Shown here: positions 27,425 to 38,352 of the stretch, in pieces
Numbering within the stretch: the stretch's first letter is position 1
Layout of the letters: every line of letters starts with the position of its first letter
Assembly: GCA_046861385.1 (NCBI GenBank)
Contig: JBHHTW010000003.1
Location: 64,001 to 128,000 of the forward strand
From: Fidelibacterota bacterium
GTDB taxonomy: Bacteria > Fidelibacterota > Marinisomatia > Marinisomatales > TCS55
Direction of reading: 5' to 3'
DNA: 64,000 bases
Translations under genes and position numbers: made by a program
Notes under the pieces: model-generated
Told to the model about the DNA's origin: nothing
Databases searched by the model: none
Seen by the model: the letters and a program-made list of their open reading frames with translations, nothing else

Positions 27425-29017
27425 ATGGTAACGAAAACAACATTTAAAGCACTTGGACTTCCGGCAGATGTTTTGGAAGCAATTAATCAAAAAGGTTTTG
27501 AGGAACCAACTGAAATACAGGTTTTAACGATTCCTGTTATGCTCAGAAATGATACTAATATTATTGCACAGGCCCAGACCGGAACGGGAAAAACAGCAGC
27601 ATTCGGTCTACCACTAATCAGCATGATTGATACAGCGTCCAAATCCGTTCAGGCACTGATTCTGGTCCCGACACGTGAGTTGGCGATCCAGGTCTCTGAA
27701 GAGATCAATTCACTCAAGGGTAACAAACCAATTAAAACGGTTCCCATTTATGGCGGGCAGTCCATTGATCAGCAATTACGCAGATTGAAAAAAGGTGTGC
27801 ATATCGTCGTGGGATCGCCAGGCAGAGTGATAGACCATTTAAAAAGAAAGACGCTGAAACTCGGTCAAATTGATCATTTAATTCTGGATGAAGCAGATGA
27901 AATGCTGAATATGGGTTTTATAGATGATATGGAAGAAATTTTCAAATATACCAATCCGGGTAAAAAAACCTTATTGTTTTCCGCAACCATCCCGGGAAAA
28001 ATCAAAGAACTCGCTCATCGATATATGGAAGGTTATGAGCTTATTAAAGCATACAAAAAACAACTAACAACCAACCTGACTGAGCAGATTTATTTCGAAG
28101 TAAAAGCTTCAGATAAATTTGAGGCGCTATGCCGGATCATTGATATTGAAAATAATTTTTATGGTTTAGTTTTTTGCCGAACAAAGAAGGATGTGGATTC
28201 TGTACTGTCCCATCTTATAAATCGTGGTTATAGTGCTGAAGCGATTCATGGAGATATTACCCAAAGTCAAAGAGAGCGAACTCTGAATAATTTTAAGAAA
28301 AAAAGAATAAATACACTTGTAGCTACCGATGTTGCCGCCAGAGGAATCGATGTAGTAGACCTTACCCATGTAATCAATTATTCTCTTCCCGGAGATCCTG
28401 AATCTTACGTCCATCGTATCGGCCGGACCGGCCGTGCCGGGAAAGAAGGCACAGCGATTACATTTATTACACCAAGCGAATATAAACGGCTGATGTTCAT
28501 CCAGCGATTAGCCAAGACGGATATTAAAAAATCTGTCGTCCCAAAAGTAAAAGATATTATTTATGCCAAAAGGAAAAAGATCAATGATGATCTGAATACG
28601 ATTAAGAAAAGCGAAATAGATGCGAAATATTATAATTGGGCAAAAAAACTCCATGAAGAACATAATCCAACTGAAATATTAGCGGCTGTTCTGAATTATT
28701 GTTTTGAAGATGAACTTAACCCGGATGCATACACTGAAATGACGGAGTTCACCGGAAAGCGCAAAAAACTTGACCCCCAAGGCAAAACTAGACTTTTTGT
28801 TGCGTTGGGAAAGAAAGATCGGATGAATCCAAGAAAGCTGGTGGACCTGATTACGAATAGAGTATCCATTAATTCCAGACAGATTAGCAGTGTTCAGGTA
28901 ATGGATAAATTTTCATTTATAACAGTACCGTTTGAAAAAGCGGAAGAGATTATTGCCAACTTCCAGAATAAAGGACGCAAGCAGTTAGTTTCTCATGTGA
29001 AGAAAGGTAAAAAGTAA
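27425..29017 (+). CDS. deaD: DEAD-box RNA helicase with C-terminal DbpA RNA-binding domain (DeaD/CsdA-like)
   Basis: AQTGTGKT, PTRELA, DEAD, SAT, ARGID, HRIGRTGRAG, RLFVALGKKD. Confidence 0.93.
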   Translation: MVTKTTFKALGLPADVLEAINQKGFEEPTEIQVLTIPVMLRNDTNIIAQAQTGTGKTAAFGLPLISMIDTASKSVQALILVPTRELAIQVSEEINSLKGNKPIKTVPIYGGQSIDQQLRRLKKGVHIVVGSPGRVIDHLKRKTLKLGQIDHLILDEADEMLNMGFIDDMEEIFKYTNPGKKTLLFSATIPGKIKELAHRYMEGYELIKAYKKQLTTNLTEQIYFEVKASDKFEALCRIIDIENNFYGLVFCRTKKDVDSVLSHLINRGYSAEAIHGDITQSQRERTLNNFKKKRINTLVATDVAARGIDVVDLTHVINYSLPGDPESYVHRIGRTGRAGKEGTAITFITPSEYKRLMFIQRLAKTDIKKSVVPKVKDIIYAKRKKINDDLNTIKKSEIDAKYYNWAKKLHEEHNPTEILAAVLNYCFEDELNPDAYTEMTEFTGKRKKLDPQGKTRLFVALGKKDRMNPRKLVDLITNRVSINSRQISSVQVMDKFSFITVPFEKAEEIIANFQNKGRKQLVSHVKKGKK

Positions 29018-29431
29018 TATCAAAACCAGAGGGCCCGATCAACACCGTGAAATTTAGCTAATTTTTTATTTATTGCTTCTTTATACGGTCATTTCTCCAT
29101 AATTACCATCAATTCATCGCTGGTTCGATTACAAACTCTGGATGACATATTTTAGAATTCGACGAACCCAATTTTTTCATTAATCAGGCCCAATGGTATG
29201 GGGATTTTCCCTGAAATACCAATCGTATCGTATTTGGTTTTTAACGAAGGAAGAATTAATCGATCGTATGAAACAAATCCCACTGCAAGACCACCAAAAC
29301 CGGAAAGACGCCATCCTTTTTGCCGGGCACCTTTGTCATTGAAGAAAACACGCCCAACCGAAAAGTTCATCATAGATCCGCCTTGAACCGCAATATATTA
29401 CTCCGGCGATAGTTAGCGGTAACATATTAAG

Positions 29432-29521
29432 GTCATTGCGATCCACCAAATGGTGGAGAAGCAATCTCCTTCCATTAGCAAATCCAAGGAGATCGCTTTG
29501 TCGCAGACTCCTCGCGATGAC
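29432..29521. repeat. Palindromic REP/RPE-like intergenic element (GTCATTGCGA...GAAGCAATCTC...GAGATCGCTT...TCGCGATGAC)
   Basis: Outer stem GTCATTGCGA/TCGCGATGAC enclosing hairpins TCCACC-aaat-GGTGGA and GAAGCAATCTCCTT/AAGGAGATCGCTTT. Confidence 0.75.
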
Positions 29522-29709
29522 AAATTTAAATTAAGAATGAATACTAATGATTCATACGTTGCACCTATGCCAGATTAATAATTAAAGGATGTTGGATTAT
29601 TTGGAATCTTTTGGCGCCCGATAGCGATAGAATAAAATCTTGCATTAATATCATCAAAAACCCCGAGTGTAATTTCAGTATTCCAGGAAAAGCCTTCGCC
29701 AAATACAAT

Positions 29710-30942
29710 CTATAATAACATCACAACTTGATTCTTTAATCGGCTCTCTTCTGCGGCAAAGGCCATTAAATGACTCTCTAATGATGCTTCAATTGACGAC
29801 TCAAAGAGAGAAGGGTCATCTGCTCGAACGGCTTGTATAAATTGCTTAATGAGGCCATAATCACCACCACCGTGTCCGTAGGCGTCATTTGACTCATGTT
29901 CCCATACTATTTCCGGTTTTATATTGTTAAATCGTGTCAGGGTGATGGTTTGAAAGTTTCCCAATATTTCACCTTCGGTTCCCATGATCCGAGTTCGTCG
30001 TTGTCCATCGGTAAAAGCGGACATGGTGAAAGAAGCGGTCATCTTATTTTCAAATTCCATGGAAACCACCTGGTGATCCACCACATCATTGTCACAGCGG
30101 TAAACACAACGCCCATAGGGTCCACTGTGCAGCGCTTTTTCCCGTCCTTCCCTGGATAGATCATCTGTAATGACATTCACAGGCCATCCGGTCACTTCCA
30201 TATTCAAATACAGTTTAAGGGCAGAATAAGGACATTCAGTTTCTACAGGACAATGATCGATACATCGTTCGGTACTACCTTCCGGAGCATTTTCTTTTTT
30301 AAAATGAGAGAGTGACCCAAAAGAAGAAATGAATTTGCACGGGGAGTCAGCAAACCAGAGCAATAAATCCATATCATGGCAGGATTTAGCCAGAATCATG
30401 GGAGCCGATTCATCTTTTCTCCTCCAATTTCCCCGAACGTATGCATGGGCCATGTGCCAGTAATTGACCGGCTCAATATGTTCGATGGTTATAAGGGAGC
30501 CAATAGCGCCGGACTCTATTATATTTTTCATTTTTTGGTAATGGGACGTATATCGAAGGACGTGACAAAGCCCGAATATTTTCCTTGAAATTATTGCTTT
30601 TTCAGTCAGAAGCCGGCAATCCTTTTCCGTCGTTGCCATAGGTTTTTCCAAAAGGACATGATAACCGGCATCTAAAGCTGCCACCGCTGGATCCACATGG
30701 AATTGATCCTGAGTGGTAATGATAACTCCATCTGCAAAGGGCTTGTCTTTTAGGGCTTCTTCCCAAGTTTCATAATTTTGTGATGGATTTAAATGATATT
30801 TTTCGGAAAAATGTTTTCTTTTTTCTGGATTGGGTTCCGCCACAGCCACGACTTTCATATCTTCAGGAAAAAGGTCGCTATAGGAAGCGTAAGTATTGCC
30901 CCTGTTTCCTGCACCGATGATGATTATTTGCATTGGTTTCAT
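29710..30942 (-). CDS. Gfo/Idh/MocA-family oxidoreductase
   Basis: IIGAGNRG, LLEKP, HVLRY, YVRGNW, KSCHDMD, GHGGGD; start moved from 30984 to ATG 30942. Confidence 0.9.
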   Translation of the reverse strand: MKPMQIIIIGAGNRGNTYASYSDLFPEDMKVVAVAEPNPEKRKHFSEKYHLNPSQNYETWEEALKDKPFADGVIITTQDQFHVDPAVAALDAGYHVLLEKPMATTEKDCRLLTEKAIISRKIFGLCHVLRYTSHYQKMKNIIESGAIGSLITIEHIEPVNYWHMAHAYVRGNWRRKDESAPMILAKSCHDMDLLLWFADSPCKFISSFGSLSHFKKENAPEGSTERCIDHCPVETECPYSALKLYLNMEVTGWPVNVITDDLSREGREKALHSGPYGRCVYRCDNDVVDHQVVSMEFENKMTASFTMSAFTDGQRRTRIMGTEGEILGNFQTITLTRFNNIKPEIVWEHESNDAYGHGGGDYGLIKQFIQAVRADDPSLFESSIEASLESHLMAFAAEESRLKNQVVMLL

Positions 30943-30998
30943 AAATAGGTCTTTCAATCGTGTGTGGAATTTGTGAACTTTCATGTCAACTATCCAGC

Positions 30999-31730
30999 AT
31001 GAGAATGAAGTTTTTTAATAAAAAATATATCTGGTTTATTCTTTTATCCGGAATAATAACGGGTCAAACTTTACCCGGTGACTGGGTAAACTATTGGGAG
31101 GACTCCGGTCAGTCAATTATAACAGACCATACAAATCAGTGGATTTTAGGAATAGGTGCCCTGGCTGCTATCGGCGCCACCCGGGTTGATTTGAAAGTGA
31201 AAGATTATGCCCAGACCAGGGGTTTGCTTTCCGATCCTGTCTCTCATTTTGGAGATTTATATGGTGGAACCTGGGCTCACTGGATCTTATTTTCGTCCAT
31301 TTTGGTAACATCAGCCACCGGGAATGATAACCTGGATGATTTTATGGCCAAAATGGAGTTTTCCACTTTTGCCATGATGACCAATGGAACCCTGACATAT
31401 GGAATGAAAAGGGCATTTGGGAGGAAACGCCCTAATGGCAGTTGCTGTACATCATTCCCATCCGGTCATACTTCCCATAGTTTTGTTATTGCTGCCATTA
31501 TTCAGGAACTATACGGAAATAAAATAGGGAAATTTGCTTACGGGATGGCCACCCTGGTTGCCATCAGTCGCATTAATGATAATAAGCATTATTTGAGTGA
31601 TGTCATTTTTGGATCCGCTCTGGGCACAGCTGTGGGTCGGGCATTTGGAAATAATTATCATCAATACACTTTTAAAGGATTAGGAGTTGGTATCACTCCC
31701 TATAGTCTGAGGATCACTATTCCATTATGA
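30999..31730 (+). CDS. PAP2-family phosphatase
   Basis: K...GRKRP, SFPSGHT, SRINDNKHYLSDV; start moved from 30960 to ATG 30999. Confidence 0.88.
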   Translation: MRMKFFNKKYIWFILLSGIITGQTLPGDWVNYWEDSGQSIITDHTNQWILGIGALAAIGATRVDLKVKDYAQTRGLLSDPVSHFGDLYGGTWAHWILFSSILVTSATGNDNLDDFMAKMEFSTFAMMTNGTLTYGMKRAFGRKRPNGSCCTSFPSGHTSHSFVIAAIIQELYGNKIGKFAYGMATLVAISRINDNKHYLSDVIFGSALGTAVGRAFGNNYHQYTFKGLGVGITPYSLRITIPL

Positions 31731-32704
31731 GCATACATAAACAAGTTCGGACAGCTTTTGTTTATTTATTTTCTTTAACCTTATTATACTCACAAATCCA
31801 GCAGGAAACCATGAAGCCCCCTCGCGGCTATCCCAATATGACTTTTTTAAGGTGGGCTATGGCATTGGGTTTTCTGGACTTGGTGGATTTGAAACCGGAA
31901 AAACCTGATTCAATTAGGGTTTTTAAAGATCTGGTTTATAAGGAAACGGATCAACGGTCACTTCGATTGGATATTTACAAACGTAATTCGATAACAAAGT
32001 TAGCTCCCGCAATCATTTTTATCCACGGAGGTGGCTGGCATAAGGGAGATAAGGACGATTACTTGGTTTATTGTTTATCATTTGCTGAAAAAGGATATGT
32101 AACAGCATCTTTGTCTTACCGCTTTTCCCAGGAAGCAATTTTTCCTGCTCCTCTGGAGGATATTATTTGCGGGATACGCTGGATTAAATCACATGGGGAT
32201 GAATATGGAATTGATTCCAGCAGGGTGGCACTGGTGGGCGGATCAGCCGGAGCCCATTTAGCCATGATGGCCGCCTATACAGCAGATGAATTGTTTTTTG
32301 AATCGAAATGTAACGATGAAGGCATTAGTACGGAAGTACAGGCTATTGTCAATCTATATGGTCCGACGGATTTAACGACTGATTTTGCCATTGCCCAGGA
32401 ACCTACGCCCCGTTTCCTGGGGTCGACATACGGAGAGAATCCCGATATTTATTTGAAGGCTTCTCCTATACATTATATTTCTCCTGATGATCCGCCCACG
32501 CTGACATTCCATGGAACCATAGATGATATAGTACCAATTTATCAGGGAGATATTTTGGATAAAGCTATGAAACAAAATGGGATCTATCATGAATATCACC
32601 GACTGAAAGGGTGGCCCCACACAATGGATGCAGCTGTTCCTGTTAATAAATATGTTCAAGGAATCATGACACAATTTTTTGAAAAATGGTTGAGAGGATA
32701 TTGA
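31727..32704 (+). CDS. Secreted alpha/beta-hydrolase (HSL-like/BD-FAE-like esterase)
   Basis: IHGGGW, GGSAGAHL, FHGTIDDIVP, WPH. Confidence 0.9.
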   Translation: MSIHKQVRTAFVYLFSLTLLYSQIQQETMKPPRGYPNMTFLRWAMALGFLDLVDLKPEKPDSIRVFKDLVYKETDQRSLRLDIYKRNSITKLAPAIIFIHGGGWHKGDKDDYLVYCLSFAEKGYVTASLSYRFSQEAIFPAPLEDIICGIRWIKSHGDEYGIDSSRVALVGGSAGAHLAMMAAYTADELFFESKCNDEGISTEVQAIVNLYGPTDLTTDFAIAQEPTPRFLGSTYGENPDIYLKASPIHYISPDDPPTLTFHGTIDDIVPIYQGDILDKAMKQNGIYHEYHRLKGWPHTMDAAVPVNKYVQGIMTQFFEKWLRGY

Positions 32705-32706
32705 GA

Positions 32707-33678
32707 ATGAAAAAAGCATTATTATTCGCCTGTCTGGGTTTAATTTTGACATTTGTCAGGGTAAAGGCTGCAGATATGAATAGTGATAGTATTTGGGCGG
32801 AAAAATTAGGATTTCCAAAAGGAAGTCGAGTCGTGATTTTACATGCAGATGATTCCGGCATGTGTTATGAAGCCAATCAGGCAGTAAAAAATTATCTACT
32901 CAAAGGGCAGATCCAATCAAGCTCTGCCATGGTTCCCTGTCCCTGGTTTAATGATATGGCAGAATGGGCAATAGAAAATCCCCAAAAAGATGTGGGATTG
33001 CATTTAACTTTGACCAGTGAATGGAAGAACTACCGGTGGGGAGGCATTTCCGATCCACTGGACATTTCAAACCTATTAGATCCTGACGGATATCTCTGGC
33101 GGGAAGTACCGGATGTAGTCCGGCGGGCGACACCGCAAGAAATTGAAAAAGAAATCCGTGCCCAAATTGATCGATCTATTAACATGGGCTTTCGACCGAA
33201 TCACATCGACACACATATGGGAACATTATTTGCCAGGGAAGATTATGCCGAAGTTTTCTACCGAATAGCAATGGAATACGGAATACCAGCTAATGCAATA
33301 GAATTTACGCCTGAGAAGGTTGAAAAATTCAAAAGCCAGGGTTATCCTATTACTGATAAAATGATGGCATATTCAAATAATTATACTTTACCTAAACTGG
33401 ACGATTTCTTTTCCGTCCCTGAAGGAGAAACATACGAAGAAAAACAAGCTAATTTTTTCCAACTCATTGAATCACTTGAGCCCGGTATATCAGAAATTAT
33501 TTTTCATCCTTCTGTTGAAACTGAGGGTTTGAAAAAAATAACCAATTCTTGGCAGCAGCGCGTTTGGGAAGCAAAAATGTTTTCCGATGAAGAAGTGATC
33601 AATTTTATGGCAGTTCAGGGTATTATTTTTACCGATTGGAAGGAAATAATGAAACGGTATAAAGAAAGTCGTCATTAA
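32707..33678 (+). CDS. YdjC/ChbG-family carbohydrate deacetylase, secreted
   Basis: ILHADDSG, VGLHLTL, HIDTHMG, IIFHPS; signal peptide from MKKALL (start moved from 32686). Confidence 0.9.
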   Translation: MKKALLFACLGLILTFVRVKAADMNSDSIWAEKLGFPKGSRVVILHADDSGMCYEANQAVKNYLLKGQIQSSSAMVPCPWFNDMAEWAIENPQKDVGLHLTLTSEWKNYRWGGISDPLDISNLLDPDGYLWREVPDVVRRATPQEIEKEIRAQIDRSINMGFRPNHIDTHMGTLFAREDYAEVFYRIAMEYGIPANAIEFTPEKVEKFKSQGYPITDKMMAYSNNYTLPKLDDFFSVPEGETYEEKQANFFQLIESLEPGISEIIFHPSVETEGLKKITNSWQQRVWEAKMFSDEEVINFMAVQGIIFTDWKEIMKRYKESRH

Positions 33679-35240
33679 TGAGTGTAATAAAAAAAGTATC
33701 CATCGTTACTCTAATCCTGATTTTCCTCCTTTTTGGTAGTCTTATTAACAATTTATCGGATAAACATCCCAATTATACGGTTGATTTAAACATTAATCCA
33801 ACTGCACAGCCAGGGCCTATTCAGGTTGGATTTGGAAAAATGGTCATAACACCTCTTGTTGTTGATACGTGGAACGATGTTAATAGCGATGCAAAATATG
33901 ATCCGGATGACGGTGACTCGTACAATGACCTCAATGGAAATGGAGAATTTGATGCGGTTTGGATTGCCGGATTTCATAATAGTCGGCCAGCCCAGGGAAT
34001 CCATGATGATCTTTGGGCCAGAACCATCATCCTGGATGATGGTGATACGCGGCTGGTCATCGTTGCATTAGACGTCATCGGGTTTTTACACGATGATGTC
34101 GTAGATGTACGTAATGCCCTACCTAATGAGTTAAATATTGATTATACTATTATTTCCAGCACCCACACCCACGAGGGTCCCGATTTAGTGGGCATCTGGG
34201 GGGAAGGTATTTTTAAAAGTGGCGTGAATCAGGATTATTTACAATATGTTAAAGACCAGGTGGTTGCTTCTATTGAAAATGCAGCAAGAAATATTCGCCC
34301 TGCGAAGCTGAAATTTGCCCAAGATTTGACAGGCGGTTTAGATTTTGTTATAGATTCCCGGGATCCACAGGTAAAAGATGCGGGCATACAAATCATCCAG
34401 GTAATCGATTTTGAAGCTGATACGTCTCTGGGCTCATTGATCTCCTGGGCAAATCATCCGGAAACACTCTGGAGCGATAATTTACTCATCAGTTCGGATT
34501 TTCCCAATTATGTGAGAGAATCGGTTGAGAATGGTGTGAAAAATGGAAAAAGTGTATTGGCAGAAGGAATCGGTGGAATAGCTGTCTATATTAATGGATC
34601 TATTGGAGGACTCATGACCACAAGGCCACAATTTGCAATCCCCGACCCCTTTTCCGGTGAACTCATTAATGGCGCCACGTTCAAAAAAGCAAAAGCCCAG
34701 GGGCAACACATTGGATTATTAATGTTAAATGCGCTGAGAAATGAATCTGGGATTGAAATCGAACAGGCCAATATTAAGCTCCGGGCAAAAACAATCTCCA
34801 TTCCCCTGGATAACAATAACTTCAAGCTTGGATTCGCATTGGGTATCATTAAACATGGGACGACCGGATGGATTAACGTCCGAACTGAAGTGTCCGCTTT
34901 TCAAATTGGACCGGCAAGCTTTATCACCGTACCGGGAGAAATCTATCCGGAAATTGTAAATGGCGGTGTGGTTTCTCCCTCTGGGCAAGATTTTGAAATT
35001 TTACCCGTCGAATCACCTTCATTACGATCATTGATGAATGGAGAAATAAAATTCGTTTTTGGTCTGGCTAATGATGAAATTGGATATATTATTCCTAAAA
35101 GCGAATGGGATGTGGAACCACCATATCTGTTTGATCAAAAAAATTCTCCTTATGGGGAAATCAACTCTATTGGCCCCGAAGCAGCTCCCATCATTTACAA
35201 TACTCTGATTACTATGTTAAAAAGTTTGAATAATGAATAA
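33678..35240 (+). CDS. Neutral/alkaline ceramidase-family amidohydrolase, membrane-anchored
   Basis: GIHDDLWART, STHTHEGPD, WANHPE, VPGEIYPE, GLANDEIGYIIP. Confidence 0.8.
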   Translation: MSVIKKVSIVTLILIFLLFGSLINNLSDKHPNYTVDLNINPTAQPGPIQVGFGKMVITPLVVDTWNDVNSDAKYDPDDGDSYNDLNGNGEFDAVWIAGFHNSRPAQGIHDDLWARTIILDDGDTRLVIVALDVIGFLHDDVVDVRNALPNELNIDYTIISSTHTHEGPDLVGIWGEGIFKSGVNQDYLQYVKDQVVASIENAARNIRPAKLKFAQDLTGGLDFVIDSRDPQVKDAGIQIIQVIDFEADTSLGSLISWANHPETLWSDNLLISSDFPNYVRESVENGVKNGKSVLAEGIGGIAVYINGSIGGLMTTRPQFAIPDPFSGELINGATFKKAKAQGQHIGLLMLNALRNESGIEIEQANIKLRAKTISIPLDNNNFKLGFALGIIKHGTTGWINVRTEVSAFQIGPASFITVPGEIYPEIVNGGVVSPSGQDFEILPVESPSLRSLMNGEIKFVFGLANDEIGYIIPKSEWDVEPPYLFDQKNSPYGEINSIGPEAAPIIYNTLITMLKSLNNE

Positions 35241-35886
35241 AACGACTCATATGAAAATCGCCGGGTATGGAAGCTTAATTGGATTTACACAATTTCTGAT
35301 TTTTCCCACTATTGCCATGTTTTTTTATGGAGGCGGAACCCCAATGGATCATTCCATTACAGGATATACTTTTTGGGAAAACTTTTTAAGTGACTTGGGA
35401 AGAACTGTGGCCTACAATGGTGTAAAGAATACCATTTCCAGCCCCTTGTTCAACAGTTCTCTCGCCCTATTTGGTTTTTCTCTTATCTTGCTTTATTCTT
35501 CAATGTTTCGATTGATTCCATCCCTTTTAGGCTATTTGACCTCACTGACAGGGATTGTATCTGGGATTGGAATGATTATTATTTCCCTGACACCCGATAA
35601 TCTGTACCCGGATCAGCATATGTTGGGTGTCTGGCTCTGGGGGTTAGCATTGCTGGGTGCAGTCTTAATGATTATAATTCATGAGATTCAGTCAAATGGG
35701 AACCATCGTATCTTTTTACCCTTGTCCATTTTTATCGCCATTGCTTTGGTGATACATATTTATCAGGGGTTACAAGATATACGAGGTCCGATTGTAGCAA
35801 CAACACAAAAAATAGTGGTGTATTCAAATTGCATCTGGTACTTGATTTTGAGCAGGCGAATGATCAATCAGTCCGATATGATTTAA
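35233..35886 (+). CDS. Membrane protein (DUF998-like)
   Basis: YPGG-like YGGG, NFLSDLG, conserved H and QK, about 6 TM segments. Confidence 0.65.
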   Translation: MNKTTHMKIAGYGSLIGFTQFLIFPTIAMFFYGGGTPMDHSITGYTFWENFLSDLGRTVAYNGVKNTISSPLFNSSLALFGFSLILLYSSMFRLIPSLLGYLTSLTGIVSGIGMIIISLTPDNLYPDQHMLGVWLWGLALLGAVLMIIIHEIQSNGNHRIFLPLSIFIAIALVIHIYQGLQDIRGPIVATTQKIVVYSNCIWYLILSRRMINQSDMI

Positions 35887-36005
35887 ACGCCACCTTTTTC
35901 TAAAAGAACTCTTTCTTTAGAAACGTTTATCATTACAGCGGAATTATTACCGTAGAAGGAAATATATCCGTTTTTTCTCTTATTAAAATGGAGATGCAGC
36001 AGGGT

Positions 36006-37289
36006 TTAACGATATAAATAATACATTCGCGACTTTTTTCTAAACGTCACTTCGTCCCGGGAAAAATATTTGCCCACGTTTTCTGCAGACCAGGATTGGC
36101 TAAATATTTCCCGTACCTTCCCTGAACCCATCACTTTATCAAACATGTTCAATCGTGACTCATGGGCCATTTCAAATGGATTCTTTTCGGGGTATAAACG
36201 AATCAATGTTTCAAGATAATAAAATTGTAATAAAAGCAAGTTGAGTGCTTCTGGATCTGTTAAATGAATTTGAACACCGTGGATAGTATTTCCTATATCC
36301 CGTCCGTAAAAAGGTTTATACACAACAGGTCTGAAGAGAACGCCATTCAATCCGATTTTATTTAATTCATCCGCTAAGGTATCTTGATTCACCCAGGGAG
36401 CGCCTATAAACTGGAAAGGTGCAGTGTATCCGACTCCTTCCGAAATAATCCCAAGTTCACCCATCACACCGCTGCTAACATAATAGAAAGGAGAATACTT
36501 GTGAGGGATATGCGGTGATGAAGGAACCCATTCTAATCCGGTCATTTCAAATGTCATGTTTCGCTTCCAATTTTCCATGGGAATAACGGTAAGATCACAT
36601 TGGATTCCATTGGATAATAATTTTTCGCCGTTAAAATAATTGGCTAATTCTCCCGGTGTTAATCCGTAAACATAAGGAATGGGAAATTGGCTGACAAAGG
36701 AGAAGTATCCGTCTTTTACACTATTCCCTTCGACCCTGAGTCCTCCCAATGGATTGGGACGATCTAACACCATAAATGGGATTCCATTTTCCCCGCAAGC
36801 CTCCATACACAACCCCATTGTACCTATATAAGTATAGGAGCGACATCCCACATCTTGTATATCATAAACCAATATATCGATGTTCTTCAACATGGATGGG
36901 GTGGGTTTACGATGTTTACCATAAAGGGAATAAACCGGTAATCCAGTTATTGGATCAATATAAGACTCAATTTTTGCTCCTGCTGTTTCCGCTCCTCTCA
37001 CGCCATGTTCAGGACCAAATAGGGCGACCAGGTTTACCTGCTCTTCTTCGAAAAATATGTCCACAGTTGAAACCAATTTTCGGTTAACTCCGGTCGCATT
37101 GGTGACTAATCCAACACGTTTTCCCTGCAAGGGAGAAAAATGGTCTTTTTCTAAAACCTCAATTCCCGGTATAACATTGTTTTTTTCAGAAAGGATAATA
37201 GACCGGAGACTGGTACATCCCTGAATAAAGAGAAATGACATAACCATGGTTAGAAACAGTAAGAAGCGCATTTTATTATCCATATTCAT
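36006..37289 (-). CDS. namZ: Exo-beta-N-acetylmuramidase NamZ (DUF1343), lipoprotein
   Basis: VGLVTNATG, FGPEHG, YDIQDVGCRSYTY, LDRPNPLGG, WVPSSPHIP, SEGVG; lipobox IQGC. Confidence 0.92.
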   Translation of the reverse strand: MNMDNKMRFLLFLTMVMSFLFIQGCTSLRSIILSEKNNVIPGIEVLEKDHFSPLQGKRVGLVTNATGVNRKLVSTVDIFFEEEQVNLVALFGPEHGVRGAETAGAKIESYIDPITGLPVYSLYGKHRKPTPSMLKNIDILVYDIQDVGCRSYTYIGTMGLCMEACGENGIPFMVLDRPNPLGGLRVEGNSVKDGYFSFVSQFPIPYVYGLTPGELANYFNGEKLLSNGIQCDLTVIPMENWKRNMTFEMTGLEWVPSSPHIPHKYSPFYYVSSGVMGELGIISEGVGYTAPFQFIGAPWVNQDTLADELNKIGLNGVLFRPVVYKPFYGRDIGNTIHGVQIHLTDPEALNLLLLQFYYLETLIRLYPEKNPFEMAHESRLNMFDKVMGSGKVREIFSQSWSAENVGKYFSRDEVTFRKKSRMYYLYR

Positions 37290-37385
37290 ATTGAATTTCT
37301 TATCATTTTATTTCTTTCAAAACAGAAACTCAATTTTATTTTTCAACATTTGTGGAAATTTTACACCGGGAATAGTGAATAAAGT

Positions 37386-38243
37386 CTAAGAATCATCACC
37401 AAAGAATATATGGATCAACTCATTGACACGTTCGGCTTCTTCGTGCTGAACCCAATGGGTCGCTTCTTCAATAAAAACCAGACGTCCGTCGTCGCAGAGA
37501 TCAATACTGGGAGCAGCCATCTCCCGTCCTAAAAAATGGTCTTGAGCTCCCCAAATTAGCAAAGTCGGCACAGTAATACGTGGGCTGGCAGGAGGCTGAG
37601 GAGGCTTCTGCATCATCGCTCGATACCAATTGAGCATGGATCGGTATGCATTCGGTCGTGACCAGGCTTGACGATATTGAATCATATCATTATCTACAAA
37701 CGTACCTGATCGGCTGCTTTTCATCATTGCATCTACTACCATTTTCCAATTATGGCGTTGGGCCAAATACTCCGGAAGCCACTGGAGTTGATAGAAAAAC
37801 ATATACCAGCTTTTCCGCATTTGAGTAAAATTATGTCTCAAGTTTTTTACCATCACCGCTCCGTGGGGAACATTTATGATAACCATTTTTGCCAGTCGGT
37901 TAGGGTATTTAGCAGCCACCCACCAGGCAACAGCCGCACCCCAGTCGTGCCCGGCTAAAAAAGCCTGTTTTTCACCAGCAGCATCGATCAGGCCCACTAC
38001 ATCGGCTGCTAAATTATCGAGGGTATATGCTGCAATGCCATCCGGCTTATCGCTTAAATTATACCCGCGTTGATCTGGAACCCACACTCGGTAACCGGCA
38101 GATACCAAGTCGGGAATCTGCTTTTTCCATCCATATGAAAACTCAGGAAATCCATGCAATAATATCACCAGTGGTCCGTCTTCGGGTCCCTTCTGGAGAA
38201 CATGCAAACGAATACCGTTTGTTTCTATATATTGATCATTCAT
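37386..38243 (-). CDS. Epoxide-hydrolase-like alpha/beta hydrolase
   Basis: [34 protein letters not shown]. Confidence 0.92.
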   Translation of the reverse strand: MNDQYIETNGIRLHVLQKGPEDGPLVILLHGFPEFSYGWKKQIPDLVSAGYRVWVPDQRGYNLSDKPDGIAAYTLDNLAADVVGLIDAAGEKQAFLAGHDWGAAVAWWVAAKYPNRLAKMVIINVPHGAVMVKNLRHNFTQMRKSWYMFFYQLQWLPEYLAQRHNWKMVVDAMMKSSRSGTFVDNDMIQYRQAWSRPNAYRSMLNWYRAMMQKPPQPPASPRITVPTLLIWGAQDHFLGREMAAPSIDLCDDGRLVFIEEATHWVQHEEAERVNELIHIFFGDDS

Positions 38244-38352
38244 GAAAATTTTCTTTCTGTAAGATGGCGAATATCAACCACTATTTTTATTAAGTACTAT
38301 TTAGATTTTGCTAGACGCAAATTATCTTATAATTATCCAATTTATGCACCAA

